DNA of 64,000 nt, taken from assembly GCA_045601665.1 (NCBI GenBank), contig JAZRZZ010000010.1, positions 100,370-164,369 on the forward strand, written 5' to 3'. Each line of letters begins with the position of its first letter. Position 1 is the stretch's first letter. Below, piece by piece: positions 27,084-37,717 of the stretch. The DNA comes from Lachnospiraceae bacterium (lineage in GTDB: Bacteria > Bacillota > Clostridia > Lachnospirales > Lachnospiraceae). Under the pieces are notes generated by a model. It was given only the letters and a program-made list of their open reading frames with translations. It was not told the DNA's origin and searched no databases. A program made the position numbers and the translations under genes.

Positions 27084-28691
27084 ATGATTAAGCTATCACA
27101 ATTACATATGCCAATCGGTCATACGGAAAAGGATTTGCATGAAGGAATTGCCAAGGCATTGCGAATTCCGGTGACAGAGGTGACAGGATACAAAATCATA
27201 AAGCAATCGATCGATGCAAGAAAGAAACGAGAACTTTCGTATTCTTATGTCATTGCAGCTGAGGTCGTCAGCGAGGAGAGGTTGCTTCGTAATGCCAAAG
27301 GACGCTTGGAGCGTTATGTTCCGAAGGAGTACCGATACCGCATTACCGGAGAGCGTGAATTGAAGCAGCGTCCGGTTGTGGTCGGTGCGGGACCCGCGGG
27401 GCTGTTTTGTGCATATTTGCTTGCGAAGGAAGGATATCGTCCGATACTCCTTGAACGTGGAAAATGCATGGAGGAGCGCATTGCCGATGTAGAGCATTTC
27501 TTTGCGTCCGGTGAACTTGACGAGACTTCCAATGTACAGTTCGGCGAAGGCGGCGCAGGAACCTTTTCGGACGGCAAGCTGAATACGCTCGTAAAGGATA
27601 AGGATGGGAAGTTTGCGTTTATCATTGAAACCTTTTTGCGTTTCGGGGCGCCGGAAGAGATTGCGTATCGGAACAAGCCACACATCGGGACGGATTGTCT
27701 TCGCACCATAATTGTTCAAATGCGAAAAGAGATTGAACGCATGGGTGGCGAAGTGCGTTTTGGTACAAAAGTAACCGATGTTTCGTTTTCGGACGGGGCA
27801 TTGTACGCGCTTACGATAAATGATGTGGAGCAACTACCGACGGAAGTGTGCGTATTGGCAATCGGGCACAGTGCCAGAGATACATTGGAGCAGTTGTATC
27901 GGAGAAGGCTTATTATGGAGCCCAAGGCATTTGCCGTTGGCGTTCGTGTACAGCATAAGAGGGAGTGGGTCAATGAGACGCAATACGGAGTATACGCGAA
28001 GCATTTGCCGACTGCTGACTATAAGCTGACACATACGTGTGAAAATGGGCGTGGCGTCTATTCCTTCTGCATGTGTCCGGGTGGATATGTGGTCAATGCT
28101 TCGTCGGAACGTGGTCGTGTGGCGGTGAACGGAATGAGTAACCACGATCGGATGGGAGAGAATTCAAATGCGGCCATTGTAGTAACGATTTCTCCGGAAG
28201 ATTATTGCAAGGAGGTAGCGGACGATACGCCGCTTTGCGGGATGTATTATCAACGGGCGCTTGAGGAGGCGGCATACCGAGAGGGCAATGGCAGTGTTCC
28301 TACACAACGCTATGAAGATTTTCTCCTGAACAGAAGCAGTACCGAATGCGGAAGCATTCGTCCGGCGAATCTTGGGGCAGTAACGTACGGGAATCTTAGA
28401 AAATGCTTGCCGAATTCCGTGGTTGAGGCTATATTAGAGGGTATGGAGGCATTTGAATGTGCAATGCCGGGCTACGGACATCCGGATGCACTGATGAGTG
28501 CTGTCGAGTCCAGAACCTCGTCTCCGGTTCGTATTCTTCGAGATGATGCATTACAGGCACCGGGCATCAAGGGGCTATATCCTTGTGGAGAAGGCGCCGG
28601 CTATGCAGGAGGTATTACTTCGGCAGCAATGGACGGAATCCGTATCTTTGAAGCGATTGCAAAGGAATATACGCCGTTTACAAAGAAATAA
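27084..28691 (+). CDS. FAD-dependent protein (COG2509-like NAD(FAD)-utilising dehydrogenase)
   Basis: VVVGAGPAGLFCAYLLAKEG Rossmann motif, central GTFSDGKL, C-terminal CGEGAGYAGGI. Confidence 0.75.
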   Translation: MIKLSQLHMPIGHTEKDLHEGIAKALRIPVTEVTGYKIIKQSIDARKKRELSYSYVIAAEVVSEERLLRNAKGRLERYVPKEYRYRITGERELKQRPVVVGAGPAGLFCAYLLAKEGYRPILLERGKCMEERIADVEHFFASGELDETSNVQFGEGGAGTFSDGKLNTLVKDKDGKFAFIIETFLRFGAPEEIAYRNKPHIGTDCLRTIIVQMRKEIERMGGEVRFGTKVTDVSFSDGALYALTINDVEQLPTEVCVLAIGHSARDTLEQLYRRRLIMEPKAFAVGVRVQHKREWVNETQYGVYAKHLPTADYKLTHTCENGRGVYSFCMCPGGYVVNASSERGRVAVNGMSNHDRMGENSNAAIVVTISPEDYCKEVADDTPLCGMYYQRALEEAAYREGNGSVPTQRYEDFLLNRSSTECGSIRPANLGAVTYGNLRKCLPNSVVEAILEGMEAFECAMPGYGHPDALMSAVESRTSSPVRILRDDALQAPGIKGLYPCGEGAGYAGGITSAAMDGIRIFEAIAKEYTPFTKK

Positions 28692-28738
28692 CGAACGAGC
28701 ACGAAAGGATGAAGATAACTGTGAATCGAACAGATATT

Positions 28739-29581
28739 ATGAAGGATAAAAAGCGAATTGTTGTGAAAATCGGATCCTCATCGCTGACGCATGAGGCGAC
28801 CGGCGATATGAATCTGGAAAAGCTGGAGCGTTTGGTGCGTGTACTGACCGATTGGAGTAACCAAGGAAGAGACGTTGTTTTGGTATCTTCCGGAGCGATT
28901 GCTGTTGGTCGTAAGACAATGAAGATTGAGGGAAGACCGAAGGAAAAGTCTGTGAAGCAGGCTTGTGCCGCCATCGGACAGACGCGTTTGATGATGGTTT
29001 ACCAGCGCCTGTTTGCCGAGTATAATAAAGTTCCGGCACAGGTGTTGATTACAAAATATACGATGTTGAACGCCGAGAGCCGACACAATGCCAGAGAGAC
29101 CTTCTCTGAGCTTCTGAAGATGGGGGTTATTCCGATTGTAAATGAGAACGATACCGTTGCAACGGATGAGATCGAGTTCGGAGACAACGACACATTGTCG
29201 GCACTTGTAGCGGCATTGATCGAGGCCGATTTGTTGATTTTGCTTTCCGATATTGACGGATTGTATACGGATGACCCGCGAAAGAATCCGAATGCGGTAT
29301 TTATCGATGAGATTTCTTACATAACTGATGAGTTGGAGCATATGGCAAAGGGAGCCGGGAGTGATGTCGGAACCGGTGGAATGGCAACGAAGATTGCGGC
29401 TGCCCGCATTGCAAATGATGCCGGAGCGGACATGGTCATTGCAAATGGAGAAAACATTGCAACGCTTCGCAGGATCGTTGCCGGTGAGCAAGTCGGAACA
29501 TTGTTTCTTGCGCACAAAAACGAAAACTTTCATTTGATTGATTATTTGAGCAGAAAAGAGGGGAAGAGCATTGGAGAGTAG
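28739..29581 (+). CDS. proB: Glutamate 5-kinase (short form without PUA domain)
   Basis: MKDKKRIVVKIGSSSLT aligns with the ProB N-terminus. NENDTVATDEIEFGDNDTLSA and GTGGMATK motifs present. Alternative upstream starts are at 28709 and 28721. Confidence 0.88.
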   Translation: MKDKKRIVVKIGSSSLTHEATGDMNLEKLERLVRVLTDWSNQGRDVVLVSSGAIAVGRKTMKIEGRPKEKSVKQACAAIGQTRLMMVYQRLFAEYNKVPAQVLITKYTMLNAESRHNARETFSELLKMGVIPIVNENDTVATDEIEFGDNDTLSALVAALIEADLLILLSDIDGLYTDDPRKNPNAVFIDEISYITDELEHMAKGAGSDVGTGGMATKIAAARIANDAGADMVIANGENIATLRRIVAGEQVGTLFLAHKNENFHLIDYLSRKEGKSIGE

Positions 29582-29768
29582 GATCGATCGCATTAACGAA
29601 TTGTATCACAAGTCTCAAAAAGAGGGGCTGACACCGGAAGAGAAGGAAGAGCAGGCAAGACTACGCAAAGAATACATTGCCGCTATTCGAGGAAATCTGC
29701 GTGGAACGCTGGAGAATATTTCTCTTGTGAATCCGGATGGCAGTATTACGGATCTGAAGAAAAAGTAG
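29571..29768 (+). CDS. DUF896 / UPF0291 family protein (YnzC-like)
   Basis: 65 aa. RINELYHKSQKEGLTPEEKEEQARLRKEYI matches the YnzC family pattern. The TTG start overlaps the proB 3' end. Confidence 0.75.
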   Translation: MESRIDRINELYHKSQKEGLTPEEKEEQARLRKEYIAAIRGNLRGTLENISLVNPDGSITDLKKK

Positions 29769-29769
29769 T

Positions 29770-30423
29770 GTGAGGTATGCGGTGGACAAGACAGAACTGC
29801 GAAGATCAATGCTATTGATACGGGGAGCGTTGTCCGAGAAGGAACGCCAGGCGGCCGATGCTGCTGTTTTTGCAAGGGTAGTTGAGAGTGAAGCCTTTCG
29901 AACCGCAGACGTCATATTAACGTATGTTTCTTTTCGAACGGAGGTGGATACGCGCCGGTTGATTGCATATGCACTTTCGGAGGGGAAATGTGTTGCGGTT
30001 CCGAGGTGTCGGGAGGAACGTCAAATGGATTTTTTCTATATCCACTCCCTTGAGGAGCTGACAACCGGAGCATATCGGATTCCGGAGCCTGCGCCCGATG
30101 CGAAGCCATGGCGACAGATCGAGGGGGAACGATGTTTGGTGCTTATGCCGTGTGTCGCATTTGACCGACAGGGAAATCGGCTCGGTTACGGAGGAGGCTA
30201 TTATGATCGTTTCCTTGTGAAGCATCCGGAGTTGCCGAAGCTCATGCTTGCATATGAGGCACAGAGGCTTGACCATTATAGCCCAGAGCCATGGGATATT
30301 TCTGCAGATGCAGTGTTGACGGAAGCAAGGAAATATGTTATTTCAACATGTCATGCGGCGAGCATTTGTCGCGAGAATGAATACGGAGGAGACAGTTATG
30401 AACCTAATGATTATGGGTCGTGA
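29770..30423 (+). CDS. 5-formyltetrahydrofolate cyclo-ligase
   Basis: Length and motifs ([35 protein letters not shown]) are typical of MTHFS. GTG start. Confidence 0.82.
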   Translation: MRYAVDKTELRRSMLLIRGALSEKERQAADAAVFARVVESEAFRTADVILTYVSFRTEVDTRRLIAYALSEGKCVAVPRCREERQMDFFYIHSLEELTTGAYRIPEPAPDAKPWRQIEGERCLVLMPCVAFDRQGNRLGYGGGYYDRFLVKHPELPKLMLAYEAQRLDHYSPEPWDISADAVLTEARKYVISTCHAASICRENEYGGDSYEPNDYGS

Positions 30424-31642
30424 AGCAAAAGAAGCGGCGGCACAGCTTTTGAACACGACAACGGAAGTGAAGAATCGTGCACTGGTACATTTGGCGAAAC
30501 GATTGGTGGACCGAACCGAGGAGATTTTAGAACAAAATGCGTCGGATGTTGCGGCGGCAGAGGAAAGAGGCGTAAAGGAGTCCCTTGTGGACCGTCTGCG
30601 CCTGACTCCGGAGCGAGTAGAGGCAATGGCGGAAGGACTTGTGCAGATTGCCACATTGCCGGATCCGATCGGAGAGGAATTAGAGGCATGGGAACGTCCG
30701 AATGGACTTCACATTCGTCGTGTTCGTGTTCCGTTTGGAGTTATCGGCATCATTTACGAGTCTCGTCCGAATGTGACTGCAGATGCATTCGGTCTTTGCT
30801 TTAAGACCGGAAATGCTGTAATACTACGAGGGGGAAGCGATGCATTGCGTTCTAATATATGCATTTCTGAGGTGCTACGCGATGCACTGGAGGAGATCGG
30901 ACTTCCGAGGAACTGTGTTCAGATGATTACGGATACCGGTCGTGAAGTGGCGAAGGAGTTCATGCGTTTGAATGCGTTTGTTGATGTTCTGATTCCCAGA
31001 GGCGGTGCCGGTTTGATCCGTTCGGTGCTCGAAAACAGTACCATTCCCGTTATTGAGACGGGAACGGGGAATTGCCATGTCTATGTAGACGAGACATCAA
31101 GCTTTTCGATGGCGCTTGATATCATCGACAATGCAAAGACACAACGCCTTGGTGTGTGTAATGCCTGCGAATCGCTCGTAGTTCACGAAGCAATCGCAAA
31201 GGAGTTTTTGCCGGTGCTTTATGAGCGGCTGAGTGCAAAAGCAATTGTTATGCGTGGGGATGCGACGGCAAAATCAATTGTTCCCGAGATGGAGACGGCG
31301 ACCGAAGAGGATTACGGAACGGAATATTTGGATCGAATCGTTTCGGTGTGCGTGGTTTCGAATGTTGACGAGGCGATTGCACATATCAATCGCTATCACA
31401 CGAAGCATTCGGATGCGATTGTGACAGAGAACAAGGAGCATGCAGAGCGTTTTCTTCGTTGTGTCGATAGTGCTTGCGTCTATGTGAATGCCTCGACGCG
31501 TTTTACCGATGGGTTTGAATTCGGGTTTGGAGCGGAGATTGGAATCAGCACGCAGAAATTACACGCGAGAGGTCCGATGGGGCTTGAACAGTTGACTTCA
31601 TACAAGTACGAAATTACCGGAAACGGACAGATTCGCGAATAG
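30398..31642 (+). CDS. proA: Glutamate-5-semialdehyde dehydrogenase
   Basis: The ATG at 30398 follows GGAGGAG. Motifs [24 protein letters not shown] and NASTRFTDG. Confidence 0.92.
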   Translation: MNLMIMGREAKEAAAQLLNTTTEVKNRALVHLAKRLVDRTEEILEQNASDVAAAEERGVKESLVDRLRLTPERVEAMAEGLVQIATLPDPIGEELEAWERPNGLHIRRVRVPFGVIGIIYESRPNVTADAFGLCFKTGNAVILRGGSDALRSNICISEVLRDALEEIGLPRNCVQMITDTGREVAKEFMRLNAFVDVLIPRGGAGLIRSVLENSTIPVIETGTGNCHVYVDETSSFSMALDIIDNAKTQRLGVCNACESLVVHEAIAKEFLPVLYERLSAKAIVMRGDATAKSIVPEMETATEEDYGTEYLDRIVSVCVVSNVDEAIAHINRYHTKHSDAIVTENKEHAERFLRCVDSACVYVNASTRFTDGFEFGFGAEIGISTQKLHARGPMGLEQLTSYKYEITGNGQIRE

Positions 31643-31660
31643 CTACGGAGGCATGAAAGA

Positions 31661-33118
31661 ATGACAGTGGAATACGGCAGCGGACTTTTGCCGGTCGATC
31701 GGTTGTCCTCGGTTCCTACGGAGGAGCCGGAGCGACAGTATTATTTTATGGAGCATTTGCGTCGTTACGTTTTGGAGAAGGAAGCAGCTCTCGGCAGAAA
31801 ATTGACGATGCATGTAGAAACCTTCGGATGTCAAATGAATGCCAAGGATTCGGAAAAACTTGCGGGGATATTGGAACGCATCGGATATGTGGCAATCGAC
31901 AGTGAGGATGCCGACTTGGTATTGTACAATACTTGTACGGTGCGGGAAAATGCGAATACACGCGTCTATGGACGTATCGGATATCTGGGGAATCGGAAGA
32001 AGAAAAATCCGCAGATGCGAATTGTTCTTTGCGGCTGTATGATGCAAGAGCCGCATGTCATCGAGAAGCTGAAAAAGAGTTATCGCTTTGTCGATGTCAT
32101 CTTCGGAACGCACAATATTTATCGGCTGGCCGAATTGTTGTATCAAAGAGAACAAAGTGACAAGCAGGTCATCGAGATTCTTGACAAAGCAGAGCGTATT
32201 GTAGAAAATCTTCCGACGCAGCAGAAGTTTGATTTCAAAGCCGGCGTGAATATCATGTATGGTTGCAATAACTTTTGCAGTTATTGCATTGTTCCTTATG
32301 TGCGTGGCAGAGAACGTTCGCGTGAGCCGGTGGAGATTGTGAAAGAGACGGAACAGCTGGCGAAACGGGGTGTGAAGGAGATTATGCTACTTGGGCAAAA
32401 CGTCAATTCTTATGGAAAGACGCTTGCCGAGCCAATGTCGTTTGCAAAGCTGTTGCGAGAGGTGTCTCGTGTAGAAGGTGTGGAGCGCATTCGCTTTATG
32501 ACGCCGCACCCGAAAGATCTTTCCGAGGAGTTGATCGAGGAGATTGCAAACAATCCGAAGGTATGCAAGCACATTCATTTGCCGCTGCAGTCCGGAAGCA
32601 GTCACATTCTCGAGAAGATGAATCGGCATTATACCAAAGAAGCCTACCTGGCGCTTGTTGAACGCATCAAGGAACGTATTCCCGATGTGGCGATTACTAC
32701 GGATATCATTGTCGGTTTTCCCGGTGAGACGGAGGAGGATTTCGAGGATACAATCGATGTGGTACGCAAGGCCGGGTATATGAGCGCATTTACTTTTTTA
32801 TATTCCAAACGCTCCGGCACGCCTGCGGCAATGATGGAGAATCAAGTGTCCGAAGATGTTGCGAGCGCGCGTTTTCGTCGTTTGCTTGCAGTAGTTGGTG
32901 AGGTGTCCGAGCAAGAGGCCTGCAAACTTGTGGGGCAGACGCTTCCGGTGCTCCTTGAGGAATACAGTAAACAAAGCGGATTGATGACCGGGCGCTTGGA
33001 AAATAATTTGTTGGTGCATTTTCCGGCGGAGGAGCAAATGCTTGGAACAATACAGCGTGTGCGCTTGGAGGAATGTAAGGGATTTTATTATTTAGGCACG
33101 CTGGTTGCTGAAAATTGA
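31661..33118 (+). CDS. miaB: tRNA-i6A37 methylthiotransferase
   Basis: UPF0004 N-terminal domain (ETFGCQMN), radical SAM CNNFCSYCIVP, C-terminal TRAM domain. Confidence 0.9.
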   Translation: MTVEYGSGLLPVDRLSSVPTEEPERQYYFMEHLRRYVLEKEAALGRKLTMHVETFGCQMNAKDSEKLAGILERIGYVAIDSEDADLVLYNTCTVRENANTRVYGRIGYLGNRKKKNPQMRIVLCGCMMQEPHVIEKLKKSYRFVDVIFGTHNIYRLAELLYQREQSDKQVIEILDKAERIVENLPTQQKFDFKAGVNIMYGCNNFCSYCIVPYVRGRERSREPVEIVKETEQLAKRGVKEIMLLGQNVNSYGKTLAEPMSFAKLLREVSRVEGVERIRFMTPHPKDLSEELIEEIANNPKVCKHIHLPLQSGSSHILEKMNRHYTKEAYLALVERIKERIPDVAITTDIIVGFPGETEEDFEDTIDVVRKAGYMSAFTFLYSKRSGTPAAMMENQVSEDVASARFRRLLAVVGEVSEQEACKLVGQTLPVLLEEYSKQSGLMTGRLENNLLVHFPAEEQMLGTIQRVRLEECKGFYYLGTLVAEN

Positions 33119-33142
33119 TTTGGATTTATACGAAGTTTTCTA

Positions 33143-33171
33143 TTGACTTTTGTCGCGTGGTCATATATCAT
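33143..33171 (+). promoter_or_regulatory. Candidate sigma-A promoter of rny
   Basis: TTGACT, 17 nt spacer, TATCAT. Confidence 0.5.
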
Positions 33172-33225
33172 GTATGTGTTGAATTTTTGTTTTTTGAAAA
33201 TTGAATACATTTGGAGGTGTTCTTA

Positions 33226-34794
33226 ATGTCGGATTTGATTAAGATCTTGATCGCCGTCGGAATCACCGCCATTGTCGTTGGATTTGTTATGTGGAAGGCA
33301 GCCATTGCCTATCGCGTTAAGACTTACGAAGCAAAAGTAGGGTCTGCAGAGCAGCAGGCAGCATCGATTATTGCAGATGCAGAGAAGCAGGCTGCGAAGA
33401 CAGCGGAGACGACAAAGAAAGAAGCACTCTTAGAGGCGAAAGAAGAGGCTTTGAAGGCGAAGAACGAGTTCGATCGTGAGATCAAGGAGCGCAGAGCGGA
33501 AGTTCAGCGTTACGAGAAGCGAGTAACTTCAAAAGAAGAGAATCTGGACAGAAAGATGGAATCCTTGGAGAAGAAAGAAGCGCGTATGAACCAAAAGGAG
33601 CAGGAGCTGGATCGCAAGATTGCCGAAGCAAATGCATGCCATGAACAACAGGTTCAAGAGCTTGAGAGAATCTCCGGACTGACCTCCGATAAAGCGAAGG
33701 AATATCTGTTAGAGACTGTGAAAGAAGATGTTAAGCATGAAACCGCGGTTATGATTAAGGAGATGGAGAACGACGCGAAGGAATTGGCCGATAAGAAGGC
33801 GAAGGAGCTCATTGTCGGTGCCATCCAGAAGTGTGCCGCGGATCATGTTGCGGAGGCAACGATTTCTGTAGTTCAGTTGCCAAACGACGATATGAAGGGA
33901 CGTATCATCGGTCGTGAGGGACGTAATATTCGCACCATCGAGACCTTGACCGGAATCGATTTGATTATTGACGATACCCCGGAAGCGGTGATTCTTTCCG
34001 GATTTGATCCGATTCGTCGAGAGATTGCACGTATTGCATTGGAGAGACTTATCGTTGACGGCCGTATCCATCCCGCGCGTATTGAGGAGATGGTAGAGAA
34101 GGCGCAGAAGGAAGTGGACAATATCATTCGCGAAGAGGGAGAGGCTGCGGTTCTTAAGACCGGTGTACATGGCCTACATCCCGAGATTGTTCGTCTTCTC
34201 GGCAAGATGAAATATCGTTCCAGTTATGGACAAAATGCATTGAAGCATTCGATTGAAGTATCTCTGTTGTCCGGTTTGCTTGCCGGAGAGATGGGGGCCG
34301 ATGTTCGTATAGCAAAGCGAGCAGGCTTGCTGCATGATATCGGTAAGTCGGTTGACCACGAGATGGAGGGGACACATGTACAGATTGGCGTAGACATCTG
34401 TAAGAAGTTCAAGGAGTCTCCGGTTGTAATCAATGCCGTTGCATCTCACCATGGAGATGTGGAGGCAACCTCGTTGATTTCTTGTATCGTTCAGGCGGCA
34501 GATGCGATTTCTGCGGCTCGTCCCGGTGCGAGAAGAGAGACGTTAGACACTTATACAAACAGATTAAAACAGTTAGAAGATATTGCCAATAGCTTTAAAG
34601 GAGTCGAAAAATCTTTCGCAATTCAAGCAGGTCGTGAGGTACGCGTTATGGTTATTCCCGAGCAAGTATCCGATGACGATATGATTTTGATGGCAAGAGA
34701 GCTGTCGAAGAAGATTGAGTCCGAGCTTGAATATCCGGGTCAGATTAAGATTAATATGATTCGCGAGTCCAGAGCTACTGATTTTGCAAAATAA
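33226..34794 (+). CDS. rny: Ribonuclease Y
   Basis: N-terminal TM helix, coiled-coil, KH domain ([12 protein letters not shown]) and HD domain (LLHDIGK). The ATG follows GGAGGTG. Confidence 0.93.
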   Translation: MSDLIKILIAVGITAIVVGFVMWKAAIAYRVKTYEAKVGSAEQQAASIIADAEKQAAKTAETTKKEALLEAKEEALKAKNEFDREIKERRAEVQRYEKRVTSKEENLDRKMESLEKKEARMNQKEQELDRKIAEANACHEQQVQELERISGLTSDKAKEYLLETVKEDVKHETAVMIKEMENDAKELADKKAKELIVGAIQKCAADHVAEATISVVQLPNDDMKGRIIGREGRNIRTIETLTGIDLIIDDTPEAVILSGFDPIRREIARIALERLIVDGRIHPARIEEMVEKAQKEVDNIIREEGEAAVLKTGVHGLHPEIVRLLGKMKYRSSYGQNALKHSIEVSLLSGLLAGEMGADVRIAKRAGLLHDIGKSVDHEMEGTHVQIGVDICKKFKESPVVINAVASHHGDVEATSLISCIVQAADAISAARPGARRETLDTYTNRLKQLEDIANSFKGVEKSFAIQAGREVRVMVIPEQVSDDDMILMARELSKKIESELEYPGQIKINMIRESRATDFAK

Positions 34795-34817
34795 TCAGCG
34801 CAACAATGAACAAAGAA

Positions 34818-34868
34818 CCAAAGGGAGTTGTTCTTCGGAATGGCTCCTTTTTCTTTGTTTGAGCTACA
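34818..34868 (+). terminator. Imperfect long hairpin terminator after rny
   Basis: CAAAGAA-cc-AAAGGGAG ... CTCCTTT-TTCTTTG with a bulge and a T-rich 3' side. Confidence 0.5.
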
Positions 34869-34951
34869 TATGTAATATCGCATAGAAAAGTTGCTTCGGA
34901 TCGTAGAAAAATGTGCATACATATGAAAATGCGGAAAAAATAATTTGGGGC

Positions 34952-34980
34952 TTGTGTTTTTTATGATTGTATATTAAAAT
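34952..34980 (+). promoter_or_regulatory. Candidate promoter of the aminotransferase-proC operon
   Basis: TTGTGT, 17 nt spacer, TAAAAT. It overlaps the palindrome ATTGTAT-N6-ATACAAT. Confidence 0.5.
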
Positions 34981-35040
34981 ACAATTCGGATTGTATACAC
35001 GTCTACAATAAAAGAAATCAACGAAAATTTGGAGGATGTT

Positions 35041-36249
35041 ATGTCGCTTACGTTATCAAAGAAGGCTTTGGAAGTAAAGCCTTCGTCGACTCTGGCAATT
35101 ACAGCAAAAGCAAAGGAGCTTCGTGCAGCGGGAAAGGATGTTGTCGGCTTCGGTGCGGGGGAACCTGACTTTAATACTCCCGATAATATTAACAATGCTG
35201 CAATCAGAGCCATTAACGATGGTTTTACGAAGTATACCGCTGCAGCGGGAATGCCTGAGTTGCGTAAGGCAATCAGCGAGAAGTTTCGCTTGAGAAACGG
35301 ACTGGAATATGCTCCGGAGCAGATTGTTGTCAGCAATGGAGGAAAGCATGCACTCACCAACATTTTCGAAGCGATATTGAATCCCGGGGATGAGGTCATT
35401 ATTCCGGTGCCTTTTTGGCTGAGTTATCCCGAAATCGTAAAACTGGCAGACGGTGTTCCGGTGTATGTGAATTGCAATGCTGCGCAGAATTACAAGATTA
35501 CTCCCGAGCAGCTTGCGTCGGCTTGCACTGAGAAAACGAAAGCATTTGTATTGAATTCTCCAAGTAACCCGACCGGTATGATATATACCGAGGAGGAGCT
35601 GCGAGCTTTGGCAGAGGTAATTGTGGAAAAAGATATTTTCGTAGTTTCCGATGAAATATACGAGAATCTGGTATATGACGGTGAACAGGCCATAAGCATT
35701 GCGTCGCTCGGCAAGGAAATCTACGAGCATACCATAACATGCAACGGAATGGCAAAGGCATATGCGATGACCGGATGGAGGATCGGTTATGCAGCAGCGC
35801 CGATTGCCGTGGCAAAGGTAATGGCGAATCTGCAGAGCCATCAGACAAGCAACCCTAACTCAATTGCGCAGGCCGCATCGATCGAGGCGCTTCTCGGCTC
35901 ACAGGAATCTGTGGAAATCATGCGCAGGGAATTCGATCGCAGAAGAGTTTATATGTATGAGCGTGTGGCGGCAATGCCGTATGTGCATACGCTAAAGCCG
36001 CAGGGTGCATTTTATCTCTTTGTTGATGTGTCTGAGGTGCTTAGTATGTATTACAAAGGAGAACCGGTCGGTGATGTGGGGCGCATGGCACAACATCTGA
36101 TCAATGATTTTCTGACGGCGGTGATTCCTTGTGCGGATTTCGGTTGTCCGAACCATGTTCGTCTGTCGTATGCGATTGGCCTTGAACAAATCGAAAAGGG
36201 ACTAGACCGTTTGGAAGCATATTTGAAGGAATTGACGAACGAAATCTGA
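35041..36249 (+). CDS. Pyridoxal-phosphate-dependent aminotransferase class I (aspartate aminotransferase-like)
   Basis: GEPDFNTP, SNPTGM and the NGMAKAYAMTGWRIGY (PLP lysine) motifs. The ATG follows GGAGGA. Confidence 0.88.
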   Translation: MSLTLSKKALEVKPSSTLAITAKAKELRAAGKDVVGFGAGEPDFNTPDNINNAAIRAINDGFTKYTAAAGMPELRKAISEKFRLRNGLEYAPEQIVVSNGGKHALTNIFEAILNPGDEVIIPVPFWLSYPEIVKLADGVPVYVNCNAAQNYKITPEQLASACTEKTKAFVLNSPSNPTGMIYTEEELRALAEVIVEKDIFVVSDEIYENLVYDGEQAISIASLGKEIYEHTITCNGMAKAYAMTGWRIGYAAAPIAVAKVMANLQSHQTSNPNSIAQAASIEALLGSQESVEIMRREFDRRRVYMYERVAAMPYVHTLKPQGAFYLFVDVSEVLSMYYKGEPVGDVGRMAQHLINDFLTAVIPCADFGCPNHVRLSYAIGLEQIEKGLDRLEAYLKELTNEI

Positions 36250-36302
36250 TGCTCTATAATGAAAGTAAAAGCTCCATTAACAGAGAATGGGAGGACGAGA
36301 CA

Positions 36303-37103
36303 ATGAAGAAGATCGGATTTGTTGGGGTTGGCAATATGGGTTACCCGATTTTTAAAGCAGCGCTCACACTGTGTGGCAAGGATGAAGTATGGTTTTATGA
36401 TAAATCAGAGGCGAGTCGTATGCGTACACAGGAACAGACCGGTGTTGCACCGGCCGAGAGTAATGCGGCACTGATAAGTGGTTGTGAATATGTTTTGCTT
36501 GCGGTTAAGCCACAGTTTGCGGAAGAGGTTTTGGCTGAGTTGATTCCTTTTATACGTACAGATACAAAGATTATCAGTATCATGGCCGGTGTTTCGATTG
36601 ATCGACTGGTGGATATGATCGGCCGCACGATACCTATTATTCGTCTAATGCCCAACACTCCGGCAATGGTCGGAGAAGGAATGACGGCAATGTGTTGCGG
36701 TGAGGGTGTTTCTGAGGAAATGCATGCTTTTGTGCAGAAGCTTTGTGAATCCTTTGGGCGTGTTGCGCTGGTTCCCGAAAAGCTGATGAATGCCGCAATT
36801 TGTGCGAATGGAAGTTCGCCTGCATATGTATATATGTTTATTGAGGCACTTGCGGACAGTGTGGTTCGATACGGAATTCCACGGGATATGGCATATACGT
36901 TGGTAGCACAGACGGTGTTCGGTTCCGCGAAGATGGTACTTGAGACCGGTGTACACCCGGGAGCATTGAAGGATGCGGTGTGCAGTCCCGGTGGAACTAC
37001 CATTGCGGCTGTTGCGGCATTGGAAGAGCACGGACTGAGAAATGCTCTGATAAAGGCAACGGATGCTTGCTATGCGAAGGGAAATGAATTGGCCGGCAAG
37101 TAG
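36303..37103 (+). CDS. proC: Pyrroline-5-carboxylate reductase
   Basis: MKKIGFVGVGNMGYPI Rossmann N-terminus and C-terminal SPGGTTIAAV motif. RBS GGGAGGA. Confidence 0.9.
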   Translation: MKKIGFVGVGNMGYPIFKAALTLCGKDEVWFYDKSEASRMRTQEQTGVAPAESNAALISGCEYVLLAVKPQFAEEVLAELIPFIRTDTKIISIMAGVSIDRLVDMIGRTIPIIRLMPNTPAMVGEGMTAMCCGEGVSEEMHAFVQKLCESFGRVALVPEKLMNAAICANGSSPAYVYMFIEALADSVVRYGIPRDMAYTLVAQTVFGSAKMVLETGVHPGALKDAVCSPGGTTIAAVAALEEHGLRNALIKATDACYAKGNELAGK

Positions 37104-37120
37104 AAAGGCAGAGTGCGATT

Positions 37121-37654
37121 ATGGGTGATTACAAGCGTTTGCACAGGGAGAAGATTTACCAAGGTGCCATTGTGGGCATATACAAGGACACAATGCAATT
37201 AAAGGACGGAAGTGTTCAAGACTGGGACTTCATTTCTCATCCGGGTGCGGCAGCGGTTGTCGCGGTTGACGAGGATGGGCGTCTGCTTATGGTGCGTCAG
37301 TATCGAAATGCATTGGAGCGCGAGACGATTGAGCTACCGGCAGGAGGGAAGAATCCCGAGGAGGATATGGAGACTTGCGCGATTCGCGAGCTTGAGGAGG
37401 AGACCGGTTATCTTGCCGGACACTGTGAGAAGCTTTGTGAAATCTATACGACGGTAGCGCTTATGAATGAATGCATCGGTATATATTTGTGTACGGACTT
37501 GCTACCCACAAAACAGCATTTGGACGAAGGCGAGTTTCTGAATGTGGAGCGTTATTCGTTGGAGCAGCTGACGCAGTGGATTCTCGAGTCCAAGATTCAG
37601 GATTCCAAGACAATCTGCGGAATCCTTGCATACAAAACGAAAATGGGACTTTAG
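37121..37654 (+). CDS. NUDIX hydrolase (ADP-ribose pyrophosphatase-like)
   Basis: Nudix box GGKNPEEDMETCAIRELEEETG. Confidence 0.85.
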   Translation: MGDYKRLHREKIYQGAIVGIYKDTMQLKDGSVQDWDFISHPGAAAVVAVDEDGRLLMVRQYRNALERETIELPAGGKNPEEDMETCAIRELEEETGYLAGHCEKLCEIYTTVALMNECIGIYLCTDLLPTKQHLDEGEFLNVERYSLEQLTQWILESKIQDSKTICGILAYKTKMGL

Positions 37655-37717
37655 TCATACTCGGATGACTTCGGAATAGAATGTAGTGTTGAATTCTACC
37701 GAAGGAGGGACAAGAGG

